From: Guillardia theta CCMP2712
Lineage: Eukaryota > Protista > Cryptophyta
Assembly (NCBI RefSeq): GCF_000315625.1
Contig: NW_005434665.1
Location: forward strand, 679,220 to 743,219
Direction: 5' to 3'
Length of the DNA: 64,000 nucleotides
Each line of letters opens with the position of its first letter. The stretch's first letter is position 1. Below, in pieces: positions 45,101 to 55,969 of this stretch. The notes beneath the pieces were generated by a model. It saw only the letters and a list, made by a program, of their open reading frames with translations, was not told the DNA's origin and ran no database searches. The position numbers were made by a program, and so were the translations under genes.

Positions 45101-48100
45101 CGAAGCTTGTCGAGGGCGCTGGTTGTCAGCGCCGCCTCGACAAGGATGTTCTCGTCGTTCCACTGGAGGTCAACCGATGACTCAGAATCCATGCCGGACT
45201 TGTAGGAAACTGAGTGGCAAGTGGCTGGGGAAGACACGTTGTGCCAAGAGCAGTTCAGAACCTCGTCCTTGAATGAGGTTAATCGGAGCCTCCCGTCCCC
45301 TCTAAACTTGTTTCTCGCCTTGCCCACAACGAGGATGGAAACCAAGTCACCCATCAGTGACATGTTGCTCAAGTCTGTCGTCACAAAGCTTCCCGCGGCT
45401 TGCTGCAGCATGGCAGGCTCATTGTTGGAGCTGTCAATGTAGATTCCTGTCATGAAGTTATCCCACTCAAGCAAGCCATCGCCGTTGTGATTCAACAACA
45501 CAGTGCTTGACCAGTTCAGCAGATGGCGCTCATTCAGCCCCCCTGCCACCATCATGTCCATCGTCACGTTGTCTTGGTTGGACCAGCCGTTGATTGACAT
45601 GTGCATGCTGACATCAGAGCTATTGGGTGAATCATCGTAGCAGTGAACTCCCGAGCGGTTCAAGACTTGACTGCGAGTAACCAGTTCGCCTAGACAAGGG
45701 GACCAGCATTGACCAGCGTTGACCGCGGTTGTATTTACGTCCAGCTGCCAACCAGCTCCAAGACCCTTCTCCCCATCGTCCGTGCCTAGCCGGAGGTTCG
45801 TCACATAGTCACCTGTCAATGCGCACAAGACTCGCTGGGTGTACGGGAAAGGGTCGGCAGACGAAGTAGCATCAGGAGTGATGAGAGAGGCACAACGATA
45901 ACGAAGAGCTCCATCGAGATCGAGAACTTGTTTCTGATTTGCTCTCACTCTCAACAGACTCGATCCGTTCCACTGCTCATTGCGAGCGTTCCATGACACG
46001 TTGCTGTCCACCTGGAAACCCGAACGGTCCCACTGGCCGTCCAACGACAGGCTGAGATTCACGCTGGACGTGTGGATCGGGTCGTTACAGAACTCGGTGA
46101 GGCCGGTGTAGGTACAAGTCTGGAAGGAGCAGTCGTGCAAGTCCGAACTGTTCGACCTCCACAACACGTATCCCCCGAGCTCAAGCTCCTTGCTGCTGCC
46201 GCCTGACCCCAGCTGAAGCCGTGTTGAACAATTCACAGAAATTAGGTCGAGCTGCGACGAGACCGAGATGTCATGACCATTCACGTAGTAGTTGATGGAT
46301 CGTTGAGATGAAGTGACCTCTCCTTTGATCATGCTGCTCCAGTCAAAGACATTCACGTCGCCTAATCGATTTTGAAATCTACCTCCCAGCATGATGATGC
46401 TGGGGTTCTGCTGGATTCGGCTACTGACTGAGCCAATCAGCTCCCACAAGACTGTTCTATTGGTGTCCATGACCCTTAGCGCAGCGAAGGACGTGTTGAC
46501 TGGACTCAGCTTGTCAAAGCCTGAATCTTGAAGGGTTCCATAGTCCAGCTCGAACAAGTCTTGCATCAGCTCGCTGCCGCTGGCGTTGATTTGAATGAGA
46601 AGAACAACCATGCGGGTGCTCTCCTCTACCAGCCCATCGGGTTGATCATGATCTGGATCGAAGCCAAGAAGATTCCGAGCATCTTGCACGGTGAGTTTAC
46701 GGAACGTGGTGACGTTGACTAAGATGGACAAGAGAGGGGTTCCTTGGCCAGACACAAAGTAGCTTTTCTCAGCCAGAGCAAGTGAGACTGATGGGAGCAG
46801 ATTTGGACTTCCTCTGGGGTTTGAGGAGCTCAGGTCACCTCCAGCACAGATTCGAAGTTGCCAGTTGGCGAAGATGTCTGATATCATGCAGCTGGAAGCG
46901 TTCTGACTCACACTTGCCGACTGCCTGCGACTCCTTCGATCCCAACGGGGCACACTGTGCGACTCTTGGGTGAAGATGAAAGTGTGCTCGTTGCCCAGCA
47001 CATCTGTGAAGAAGCGAGAAGACGGAGATGAGGCTGTAGCTGAGACTACCACACCTCGCACTGGATGTGCTGTCAATGCCTCCATGGCTAGTTCCACCAC
47101 CGGGAGTATGCTTTTTGTGCAGGCGTCTTGAGCACAAGTGATAAAGAGCCCGGTCTCTGTGTGCCTTGTGTCTCCGAGCTCAGAGGCAGAGACGTTGAGG
47201 CTGGTTGCAGCCAGCCAGCTTCCATATGAGGAGCCAACCGTGAAGATGGCGCGCGAGGAAGCCATGGCTGTGCTCCGGTTGAGCATGGATAGGTCGCCCA
47301 TTACTCTCATAGAAACGTCGAACGCAACCTCAGGCAGATGGACCAGCAAACTTGCGATGGCACCCGTCGTATCCTGCAACACTGGGAGCTCCAACCGGAG
47401 GAAGAGCGTTTGGCTTTCCTGCTCCAAAGATATTCCATCTTGCAAGTCTATCCCATCCTGGACAGTGAAATTTTGCAAAGTACTGTTGATTGACTCTGCA
47501 AAACTATGAAAAAGAGTGTCTGAGATTTCGTCATAATGCTGGAATTTCAGAAGCGACCAATATAGCTTCATACCTGTGACAGTTTTGCACGTGATACCGA
47601 AGCTGAAATCGTTTCCTTGGCCTACTAGAATCTTCAAGGCTTCAATGTCAATGGAGTGAACTGAGCCATGGAGTGCCTGAACAGCGGTATCCTGCTCAGG
47701 TCGTGTCTCCAGTAGCCGGATGGGTCCTTGAATAGATAGTTTGGCGAAATCCTCCACTGACACTTGAAGGTTCTCAATGACCGAGATGGTGCATTCTGCG
47801 GACAAGAGGTCGATCTGATGAATCCATGAAGCTGCTGGAGGAGCAAAGGTGGTCACGTTGAACGATACCATGCTGTGCTGGGGAAAGAAGATTTCTATTT
47901 TGGTAGCCCTGGCCTGAGGTTGAGGCGGACAAGGCCAGGTGCAGAGCACAAAGGCAACAAGCATGACGACCAAGAGCAAGGCAAGTGCGAGGAGAGGCCT
48001 CCAGCTTCTGCGGTTCTGAGCCTTTCCGAGAAGTGACAAGCGATCATGATCGACCTGCTCGTCATCGAGCTGATGCATCGCAGAGTGGAACCATGCGTCC

Positions 48101-48165
48101 AGGTTGACACCATGAAAACTCGACCTGGACCTCCTCCTTTCACTTGTAGAGAACTTCAGCGACAT
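42151..48165 (-). CDS. 2004-aa intronless membrane protein: N-terminal TM, large glycosylated repeat ectodomain, poly-Pro linker, C-terminal multi-TM (TRP/FLC-like) domain
   Basis: Single ORF. TM LLALALLLVVMLVAFVLC; C-terminal block ILQTQFIAITG..LSSQLGWSN..FPKWE..RFGMLV..WWYGVY with ~7-8 hydrophobic helices. Confidence 0.75.
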   Translation of the reverse strand: MSLKFSTSERRRSRSSFHGVNLDAWFHSAMHQLDDEQVDHDRLSLLGKAQNRRSWRPLLALALLLVVMLVAFVLCTWPCPPQPQARATKIEIFFPQHSMVSFNVTTFAPPAASWIHQIDLLSAECTISVIENLQVSVEDFAKLSIQGPIRLLETRPEQDTAVQALHGSVHSIDIEALKILVGQGNDFSFGITCKTVTGMKLYWSLLKFQHYDEISDTLFHSFAESINSTLQNFTVQDGIDLQDGISLEQESQTLFLRLELPVLQDTTGAIASLLVHLPEVAFDVSMRVMGDLSMLNRSTAMASSRAIFTVGSSYGSWLAATSLNVSASELGDTRHTETGLFITCAQDACTKSILPVVELAMEALTAHPVRGVVVSATASSPSSRFFTDVLGNEHTFIFTQESHSVPRWDRRSRRQSASVSQNASSCMISDIFANWQLRICAGGDLSSSNPRGSPNLLPSVSLALAEKSYFVSGQGTPLLSILVNVTTFRKLTVQDARNLLGFDPDHDQPDGLVEESTRMVVLLIQINASGSELMQDLFELDYGTLQDSGFDKLSPVNTSFAALRVMDTNRTVLWELIGSVSSRIQQNPSIIMLGGRFQNRLGDVNVFDWSSMIKGEVTSSQRSINYYVNGHDISVSSQLDLISVNCSTRLQLGSGGSSKELELGGYVLWRSNSSDLHDCSFQTCTYTGLTEFCNDPIHTSSVNLSLSLDGQWDRSGFQVDSNVSWNARNEQWNGSSLLRVRANQKQVLDLDGALRYRCASLITPDATSSADPFPYTQRVLCALTGDYVTNLRLGTDDGEKGLGAGWQLDVNTTAVNAGQCWSPCLGELVTRSQVLNRSGVHCYDDSPNSSDVSMHMSINGWSNQDNVTMDMMVAGGLNERHLLNWSSTVLLNHNGDGLLEWDNFMTGIYIDSSNNEPAMLQQAAGSFVTTDLSNMSLMGDLVSILVVGKARNKFRGDGRLRLTSFKDEVLNCSWHNVSSPATCHSVSYKSGMDSESSVDLQWNDENILVEAALTTSALDKLRNGSSLMTVTRNKERLLNWSSTLQGTHVTKQDLSNRNQAGVTSITSDLLASKYSMTLELARADQLTSLDASGEFDVTILSYWYNYRQQSFSSLVNLSMDGLSNHRDKIRMNMMVMGWANNNLLNGSSAITASSNGDAVLDWTSSLVGGYESALETLIAKTANSMVVNGQMWSDLMLEGSVGLQADPHASLSISRDGNLVFFVNEVLQLQLIASTSQLVFTALTTLRIPGADVDHSWSFIFQVTSSQSGVYGASMKVVEDAPPLASLARRSASSSIIFEVQSSVLVHGPTANTVQDFLAHFALAATSLEVALSVMTHDRNRLTFNSTLGSTGDMRGGANKTSCVELDFSFMGPATLLAHGDMRMNSLRLPWEHQNSSSSGGIATLEHVTMSWRENDATNSIAKTNDVLLGQIPSCLVSSTLSVWMSVDAHCMSGLCKDQRGFCTACRLQTTTVVLPAILTTPPLSLPPPPPPPPPVKINRTLTREAITSVSTIIATSTAISASSVAVGAVASSVLPSLSSTGASGATGRSSSFATSLILQTQFIAITGQLGGNSSTEAVSDLSSQLGWSNYKFFSIFHVSSNSTCDRAKQSKNELLSTLVACAAALSAASLLRLVSNQIARCRKGEASPDHRRILFPKWELAVSITQVQGLSLATAAAMSSGCLPYIIFGALVFACLVVEVLTMLRLVWLAKRGSIVWEQRRVQDTWVELKQQLSELVKEKKISSGIAVTGTLASSLVRGNWSVDSTLEGQDKSWRFMTRFGMLVGEVCRHAWWYGVYSIGVKPVHALMVYMLPDGKARSSGMTAMLLLDLVLNIIFTPQLDWRAWGTQLLAALGNVGICLTFLLRAMGLISSADVTSMYFAFVVVSIMPMILASLAKDGYKAATTAYQFFQTLQSSKTNDSSPDEGKPQKDGSKEKVKGETIETATQDVEIGKERKYSVEHGIEDGVVYAQDMVRRFSEEDGTMEGDSGDQGQVAKNFNCIKN

Positions 48166-48607
48166 CTGTCTTGATAAGGGGTTTGATGTTGGGACAACAA
48201 CTGATCACGCTATTCACTTAGAATGTTCTTGTCAAGTAAAGCATGACTGATCACGATTTTCAATGGCAAAGCCTATCAACCCGGTTAACAATATTGTGCT
48301 GTAATGTCCTGCCTTTTGCAACTGAAATCAGCATTTTTCATTTGGATCGAACCTACAACTGGCCCTTCATGATTGACATTTTTAATCTACTGACGTTCTT
48401 ACTGTCTTTTTCACCTCTTTCAATTTTTCCCCAGCATTTCTCATCTTTTTATCTCTCTTTGCTCCTCGTTAGTTGTCACGTCCTTTTTTGTCTTCCTCAT
48501 CATCATCGTCCTCTGTCTTAGATACTCTTCCATGCTCTTCAATGCTCTTCCTACATCTATTTGTCCTAGATATTCTTACCATGCTCAAGGCTCCCAGTCT
48601 CGAGTCA

Positions 48608-48716
48608 TCATTCTCATCCTCCTCCTCCTCATCATCATCATCACCACCACCACCACCAGCGAGCAGTTCATCAGTCAGCATCAGCATCGCTGCATCAGCA
48701 TCAGCATCATATCACA
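48608..48716. repeat. Compound trinucleotide/hexanucleotide microsatellite (TCC/TCA/CCA/GCATCA)
   Basis: Directly visible. Confidence 0.8.
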
Positions 48717-49625
48717 TCCATCCTAGGCCCAGTTCTTGTCCTGCTAACTTCCCTAGAGTCATTCCGAAGTTCACCTGCATGGCCGACCGGCTTGAACTTG
48801 CATGGGCCTCCATGATTCCGTGACTGGCCCTCCTCCAAGTAAATCGATAAAACAATAACCTGGTCCCACCCCTACCCCTCAGGTTCTATCCTACCACCCC
48901 CCACCTTCATCTGCACCGCTAGGCAGTCGGATCTCATAGCAGGAGAAAATGTACTACCGGTGTACGGCAATGCATCGAACTGGTTTAAATCGTGGGCGGT
49001 GTACCAGAAAGTTTGGATTTCCTTGGTTTAAAATGGTTTGAACCGCTGATTCTGATTCAGATCGGCTGTCATCATCGGTTTGTGGGTCGCAACTACAATG
49101 GAGGCTGCGAGACAGTCAAAGGTCCCCGACCATCACAAGAGACTGATAGTAGGTGTAACTTTGATGTTGATGAGGGCTTACTCGGATAAGTTTCTTGCCT
49201 GCCGTTGAACAAGTTTTCAATCTCAGGGCCAACATCCTTTACTCAAAGTGAAGCCAACAGTATGGTACGGTACTGGTACCCGGTAATAAATCCCTCCTTT
49301 TTACCGTCATAGTTTACAATCAGTAACACCGGCGGTACGCCGAGGACTCAGTTCACGGTTTCCGGGGGCTGAACCACTGGCCCAGGCTGGGGAATGTAGC
49401 CGCTACTGAAAGTTGACCCTGACAACGGAGACTGTCCGATCGCACCGGCGGGCGCATACAGTGAGAACCAACCATTGAACCCAAGTTGCTCACTAGTGAA
49501 CTTGAACATCCGGTCACCGGGAAAGGAAACAGCCCGGCGCAAGAGGGCTGACCGTCAGTGACTTGGATGTAGACCGGGACCGGGAGTGGATGTAAAAGAA
49601 CTGGGAGGGAGGAGTGGGGGGAGGC

Positions 49626-49630
49626 AAAAA
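49626..49630 (-). terminator. Pol III oligo-T terminator of tRNA-Phe
   Basis: TTTTT on the minus strand about 40 nt downstream of the tRNA 3' end. Confidence 0.6.
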
Positions 49631-49670
49631 GAAGGCGCACACTTTGGTTGCAGAAGCCATATTCAGCTTC

Positions 49671-49743
49671 TGGGCTCGCCGTGGATCGAACACAGGACCT
49701 TTAGATCTTCAGTCTAACGCGCTCCCAACTGCGCCACAAACCC
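49671..49743 (-). tRNA. trnF-GAA: tRNA-Phe (GAA), intronless, no encoded CCA
   Basis: Reverse complement GGGTTTGTGGCGCAGTTGGGAGCGCGTTAGACTGAAGATCTAAAGGTCCTGTGTTCGATCCACGGCGAGCCCA folds as a full cloverleaf, with anticodon loop CTGAAGA and T-loop TTCGATC. Confidence 0.96.
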
Positions 49744-49774
49744 TTGCGCCTTATAAAGGTAGGTCTATGTATGG

Positions 49775-49783
49775 TTTATATAC
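49775..49783 (-). promoter_or_regulatory. TATA-like box about 32-40 nt upstream of tRNA-Phe
   Basis: GTATATAAA on the minus strand at roughly the spacing typical of plant/algal Pol III genes. Confidence 0.45.
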
Positions 49784-50084
49784 CCTACCTTACCACCCCT
49801 CATGACCCCCTGACGTAGGGTTTTTGACCCCTCCCTGTAATACTTGCCTCCTCCATACACCTTGTGCGATGAGACGATGCGATGCCCTCTCCCGCCGTCT
49901 CATCCTGATCCCGCTCCTACTGTATGCTCCTCGCTCCTCCTCGCTCCTCCTCGCTCCTCAGCCATGAACTCCCAACCTCACATTCACCACCAACTTCCAC
50001 AAAACATTTCATCCATTTTTCAATCTTAATGAATTGTGCTAGCTCTATGTCATGCTAACGCTACTCTAACCGACACATACAAGA

Positions 50085-52656
50085 ATGAGGACGGGGTGGT
50101 CGGGTGTAGCAGACATCTATGTGCGATAGAAACCAAATCAAAGAACACAGCGGTGTTTCGGGCGTCTTCACCAATGATTGACATTTTGTATTTGATAGTC
50201 TGTTTGTTCCCATCTTGTGAGCCACAGGAGCGATGGAGTCACCAACAGGTTCAGACTTGTGATTCTATTTCTTTGTCCTGTTCCCCTTATTGAGCATTCA
50301 GAGAATTCTTGGTGGTGGAGCAGAGCTGCCTCGAAGATATCGAATGCAGCTGATGCGATGTCTGCCAAGACTGTCCGTCTCTGGGATTTTCATAGTGGAG
50401 CTACTGACGTGATCTGTGTTCGTCATCAGGCAACCTTGTTTCTTTGAGTTCATGAGTTCGCTCACTCGCAGCTCAGGGTGACAATGGGGCGTACATGTAC
50501 AGTTGCACAGATTTTCATGTGCATGCGGCTCGTGACACCAAGAGCTTCCTCAGCGACGAATCTGTTGATATCTTCGTCAATGGCAAACCAACGGATTTCA
50601 AGATGTCCGTGAAGGAGGATCACAATTGCGCGTTCTTCGATGGAAGCTTGAAGCTCACTTCGGAACAAATTGCAAAGTTGAAGCTGCATGTGGGGATCAA
50701 CGAAATCTCTTTTTCAGTTTCATCTGCTCCGAACACAAGATTTGTGGCAGAGGTTTTTTTATGGGATGCCAACAAAGCCATCGTGATCTGTGACATTGAT
50801 GGTACCCTCTTGCGGTCAGATCTTCTCAGTTTCAGCGCAAGCAAATTGGGCTTTGATTCGGTTCACAATGGTGCTTGTGAAGCGCTGTCGGCTCTTGATG
50901 CAGCAGGCTATCAAGTTGTTTATGTAATCTGCATTCACGCATCTCCTCGTTGTTAATCTTTTCCAACAGCTTAGTGCGAAACCCATTTCCAAGGCTTCGA
51001 GAATGAGAGATTTCTTGAAAAGATTCACAACTCCGGATGGTCAACACCACTTGCCCACTGGACCTCTCATCACTGCTACCGACAGAACTTTGCAAGCTCT
51101 GGTGAAGAGCTTGCGATCAGAGAACGAATTGAGCAACTTCAAGACGCATGTCTTGCAAGACATCGTACAGGTTCGACCCTACTTCAAACGCAACCCTGTA
51201 GCTCTCGAGTGATTCCTTCCACAGGTTTTCAACCCGCAATGTTCAAGTTCGCCAGACTTTATGATCTTTTCTGCTGGCTTCTGCAGCAAGTGAGTCTCCC
51301 GTGGCTCATCCCCATCTGATCGGATGCAGGCCGGCAGATGCTCAGGCATATGCGGCGGCAGGGATACCAAGAAACCGTATCTTCATAGTAGATCAAAACG
51401 GCAGGCTGTCCATCAGGGAAACGCGCGCAGTATATGAATCGTATGAGGAGCTTTTGAACGAGTTTCCAAGATTGTTTCCTCCAGCTCATGTAAGGAGGGT
51501 GAGGATGTTGAGGAGGATGATTGTGTTCCAGATCATGATAGAGAAGGAGGCAGAGTTGAGAAGAAGCGTCAACAATGAAGTTCATACAAGTGAAAATGAG
51601 GATCATGACGGCCTTGGATTGGAGCAGGGTCAGGGGGCGTCCTCTCCTTCACTTACTTTTCAAATCAACCCTCCTCCTGCTGCTCGCAGGGGTTCGCCAA
51701 CAGATGAGGTTCTCCATGATCTTTCTTCAAACACAGAAACATGTTCTGATGTGCAACCAATCAGATCCAGCCAGACTCAGGCGACGATGAAGTCAAGAAA
51801 GACGATGACTTTGACCCTGATGAATGGAGGAGGTCGGAGAAGAAACGGCTGAAAGAGAAACGTATTGCAGAAGCGAACGCAAGGTACACTTCATCATTGT
51901 TTAATCATTACAGGTGATAATGTCGCTAGGTGGGGGTTTGGCCCATCATCTTCTCCACAAGGTCAAGTCTTGCCATCGAAATCGGTTTCTCGTGTTGAAG
52001 ATGAAAGCGAAGAGCGAAGCACGATGGTCAATTTTCAAGATCAGGACAAGGAATGTCGAGATAACATTGCTTCCTCTCCTATCGAATCCGAGCAAACCGC
52101 CGAAAATCATGACATGGATGAATCAGATTTGACTGACAAGATGGTAAACCTGGTTGGTGTTGCTTGCAAGTAACGAATCATCGGCAGGATCATTTCAACA
52201 TCTCGAACACCGACGAAGCTGATTCTGTGGAAGAGAAGAACGGGCCTGCAGAAGGGATGGTTGAAGACAACTATACACCCGTCGGCCTTGGGCTGATCTT
52301 CAACAAGTGGGATGGCTCCCCTGGGCTTGTGATCAAGAGGATCAAACCGGACAGTGCAGCATCAAAGAGTGACATTGCTGTAAACTCCCAAAGTCACTGA
52401 GAAGAATCTTGACAGTTCGACTGTTAGGTCGGCGATCGCGTGATAACGATAGACAACACGGTGCTCGTGGACATCAGGAAGCCCAAGGATCTTGCTCGCT
52501 TGACCCACGTCTGTCCTCATCTGCTGACCGTAGGCTCTGATCATTCTGTCACAGGGCCGACCGGGATCGAGTGTCAACGTCAGGGTCCAACGGCAGTCCG
52601 GCCAAGAGGATGTAGTCGTCCTCGTTCGTCCTTCGACCGAGACTTCGAGGGAGTAA
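50085..52656 (+). CDS. Lipin/PAH1-like phosphatidate phosphatase (N-LIP + LNS2) with probable C-terminal PDZ domain; start approximate
   Basis: SGATDVICVRHQ..SCTDFHV..VDIFVNGKPTDFKM (N-LIP); LTSEQIAKLKLHVGINEISFSV..LWD..IVICDIDGT; YLSAKPI; LPTGPLI; DAQAYAAAGIPRNRIFIV. PDZ: VGLGLIF..GLVIKRIKPDSAASKSDIAVGDRVITIDN..GPTGSSVNVRVQR. Confidence 0.8.
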
Positions 52657-52806
52657 GGCAGCAGCAAGTTCCAGCCATGATAAAAGTATGTTCAGTTCCT
52701 TGACCCTCCCCCCGCTTCTTCCAAATCTTCTGTGTCACTGCGCGACACCCCTACCTCTCTGAACCATCATCGTTAGCTATATACAGTAATCCACCCATGG
52801 AAGCCT

Positions 52807-55250
52807 TCAGCATGATCCCTGCGATATGTTCTTTGGATCTCGAGGAAGCAGCTTGTTGCACATGAGGCTCCAGGCCGTGTGGACGCACTCGTTCTCGGCT
52901 CTCACCCTGAAGTAGTACCGAAACCCTCCCTGGAGGTCCGGGAAGCGGAACGCGCAGTGGGGGCCGACGTAGAGGGTATGGAAGTCTTCGTCCCTCAAGG
53001 GGTTGACATCGAGGAGGGGCAGCATCTGCAACCTCTGGTGGTTCAAACACTCGTCAGTGGGTCGACACAATCGCCTCCTATGGCTTTACGTAGGTCGTCG
53101 CAGTCGCGATCGCGTTCCAGGTCAGAAGCGCGACGTCGTTGTCTACAACATCGCAATACAAGAGAGGTATCGAAGTTGCCAACTGAAATCTTGAAAGCTG
53201 ACTTTCAAGTCTGCGGCTCTGATGTCACAACCACAGGAAGTTTGCTAATCGATGAGATGTACCTTGCTATTTGTGTCTTCAGCACGCAGTTCTCAGTGTA
53301 CACATGTTGAGGATTGCGAGCGTCTCCATTGCCAACCATCAAACAGCTGTCAGCACATCTCTCCTTGGGGAGCAGGCTCACGACATGCTGGTCAGCCTTC
53401 GGAGGCTGGTTGGCCTCCTCACTCTCTGTCGACGCTTTGGAAGGATGGTAGCCCTAGAGCCAGCACGCGTCACATCGAGAGCAGCCGGCAGTCAACTGGT
53501 ACGTTGGAGGTGCGCAAGCTGAGCCCGTCCTGAGGAGGTAATCTCACAACGGGCAGCAGGGTTCAGCAAGAGGTTGCCAGTCACCTCGTCCTCCTCCAAA
53601 ATTTCCATCGGAATCGGAACTTCCTTGATGACAACTTTTTCAACCTACAGGGCGTGAGCTCTTCGACGTGGCAGCTCTCGCGTGTGACCTCCACTGGCAC
53701 CTCCTTGACGACCACACGCTCTACCTGCAAACAGTCTCAGCAGAAGAACTTCGCGAGGAGTCTCACACTTACTGGGATCTCGACGACTTTCTCGACGATC
53801 TTGTCCACAGGAACCTGCAAGTACGTCAGGCCCGGCAATCGACACGTCGTCCCTTGCAGCTCACCGCTATCTCCTTCTCTACAAGTTTCTCTACTGGAAT
53901 TTCAATGAACTTTTCTTGGATTCGAACCTTCTCGACCTGCACGCATTGCTTCACCTCCTAGCAAGCCCTCCCAGCGGAAGCGTCTGGACCTCTCGGAAGA
54001 ATCCGTTCTCGCTGGCCCCGGCCACTACCTTCTCAACGGGGACTTGAACTTCCTCCTTGACAATCTTGTCGACAAACACTGGGACTTCATTCCGAACAAC
54101 CTTGAGAAGAGGTTAGCACAAGCTCAAACCACAACTTGTCTCTGACCTTCTCGACGGTGATGGTCTTGAACCTGTCTATAGGGCGGTCTACAGGGATCTC
54201 CTTGATCACCTGATGCAGTGTTTCAGCACTGCAGCATGCGACTTGCTGTCACCTCTTTCTGTACTATCCTATCCACCGGCACCTCCCTGTCTTGCAGCAC
54301 GATCTTTCCCCTCGATCAGTTGACCGCGCACTTAATGTCTTGCCGTGTCACCTTCTCCACGGGAACTTCCACATACTTTTCGCTCGCAGCATCCCCGGCT
54401 CTTGTCTGCACATCAAGTCAGCCTGTCACGAGGCAACAAGTCTCTACCAAGGAGCTCCTTGATGATCGAGGAGACAGATTTCGCATCCCCCTGACAGCCA
54501 GTCAAGGCCTTGCCCTCCTCCCCTCTTCCCGTTACCACTTGTTGAGGTAGCTCGTGTGCGTGTCGTAGTGCTCCGACTCGTAGGGGTTCCCGTTGCTCGG
54601 GCTGGGGCCTACACGTCATGAGCCAAGGCAGCAAGGGCGAGAGGAGGTGACCTGGGTAGAGAGGCTGCCGATGGCTTTCATGGTCTCTCGGGAGATAGCT
54701 GGCATACTGCAGGGATGCGGAGGTTATGCCGTGAAGAAGGAGCGAGAAATGTCACGTGTGAAGGTTGTTGCGAGGAGCTCATGACGTTCATGCTCTGACT
54801 GTTGTAGTTGCTTGCTGGCCAGCAACTCCCGTCAGATCTCGCAGAAGCACAGCACATGCTCGCACTCCCAGTGACGTAGAGGCGATCCTCGCTCATGTAC
54901 TTCCTCGGAGAAGTTTGCAGGTGAGGAGAGCTGTAGTTCTGCAGGGATGCGGTCGGCAGCACACTGACAGGGACGAGTAGAGGAGAGAACTGCGAGGGAT
55001 CGCTTGTAGTCACGACAGCTACTGTGCGAGGAGACGGCACATATCCCTGTCACGTCTTTGTCAGCCCCAGCTGCGAAGCATCCGATCTCTCAAACTTGCA
55101 GACCTGCAGGTACTGAGCTCGAGGGCTCGTGCTGTAACCAGGCCCGTACTGAGAGCCGCCGCCGTCCTGCCTCGATGCGTACATCTGAGCTGCCGCACGA
55201 TTATCAGTCAGCAGCTCACCCTCAGTTCAGCACTGACAAAGTAGATTCAT
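52807..55250 (-). CDS. VPV-repeat (articulin/alveolin/epiplasmin-like) cortical protein with C-terminal fibronectin type III domain; start uncertain
   Basis: Many micro-exons encoding EVPVDRIVQKE, IKEIPVDRPID, EVPVFVDKIVKEEVQVPVEK, VPVDKIVEKVVEIPV and VVIKEVPIPM. FN3-type LYVGPHCAFRFPDLQGGFRYYFRVRAENEC..TAWS. Confidence 0.65.
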
Positions 55251-55969
55251 CTATGCTCGCCGCACCCACTGTCACGGTAAGACCATCTCTCCAATGGACT
55301 CAAAACTGATCATCGGATGGATCTGACCGTACGGTCAGAGTGCTGTTCTGACAGTGAGTCCCTTCAAGTTCTCTCAACCTCTTTCCCCCTTCTATCCTCT
55401 GCCTCTCCCTGCTTGGAGAGTCTCCATTCCACTGACGTCTGTCTGCCGCATTCGCCTCTCCGTCGCTACGGTACGGGCGGGTACCCGGACTACTAGCAAC
55501 CAGTGACTGAGAGACCCGGAAACTAGCAAGGCAGCACCGTGACTACATCAGCTAGCAGATCGGACCGTTTCATCCGTTCCAAAATGGTTATTTTTGTAAC
55601 TGCCAGAAATGAGTAACGGTTGCCATGGGGAAGCGAACCGAGCGGAGGTAGCAGTGGGAGGGGGGGAGAAGAGAAGAAGGCGAGATGAAGCAGTCAAGGA
55701 TGTGATACGAGATCAGACGAGACAGACGAGAAGAGAGTCCGGGAACACGATGCAGAGAGTGAGTCAGAGATGTCAGGTGGCTGTCAACAACACTACGTTT
55801 CATGGCGAATGGCATCATGGTGCTGGTGCAATCGACATGGTGTAGACGAGCATACAGCATGATGTCGATGATAGGATGTGCAAAATCTGAAGTGAAGTGT
55901 AAGAACTTCTGCTCAACAATTGGATGAAGCCCGATTGCTCCAACATTGACCGATACTAGAAACCGAATC

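Noticed and set aside
49455-49535. TPP riboswitch-like words (GUGAGA...GAACUUGA...GAAAGGA)
   Set aside because: Lacks the conserved CUGAGA and UGAU-x-x-x-G-x-UAAU spacing and is not in a thiamine gene; treated as coincidental.
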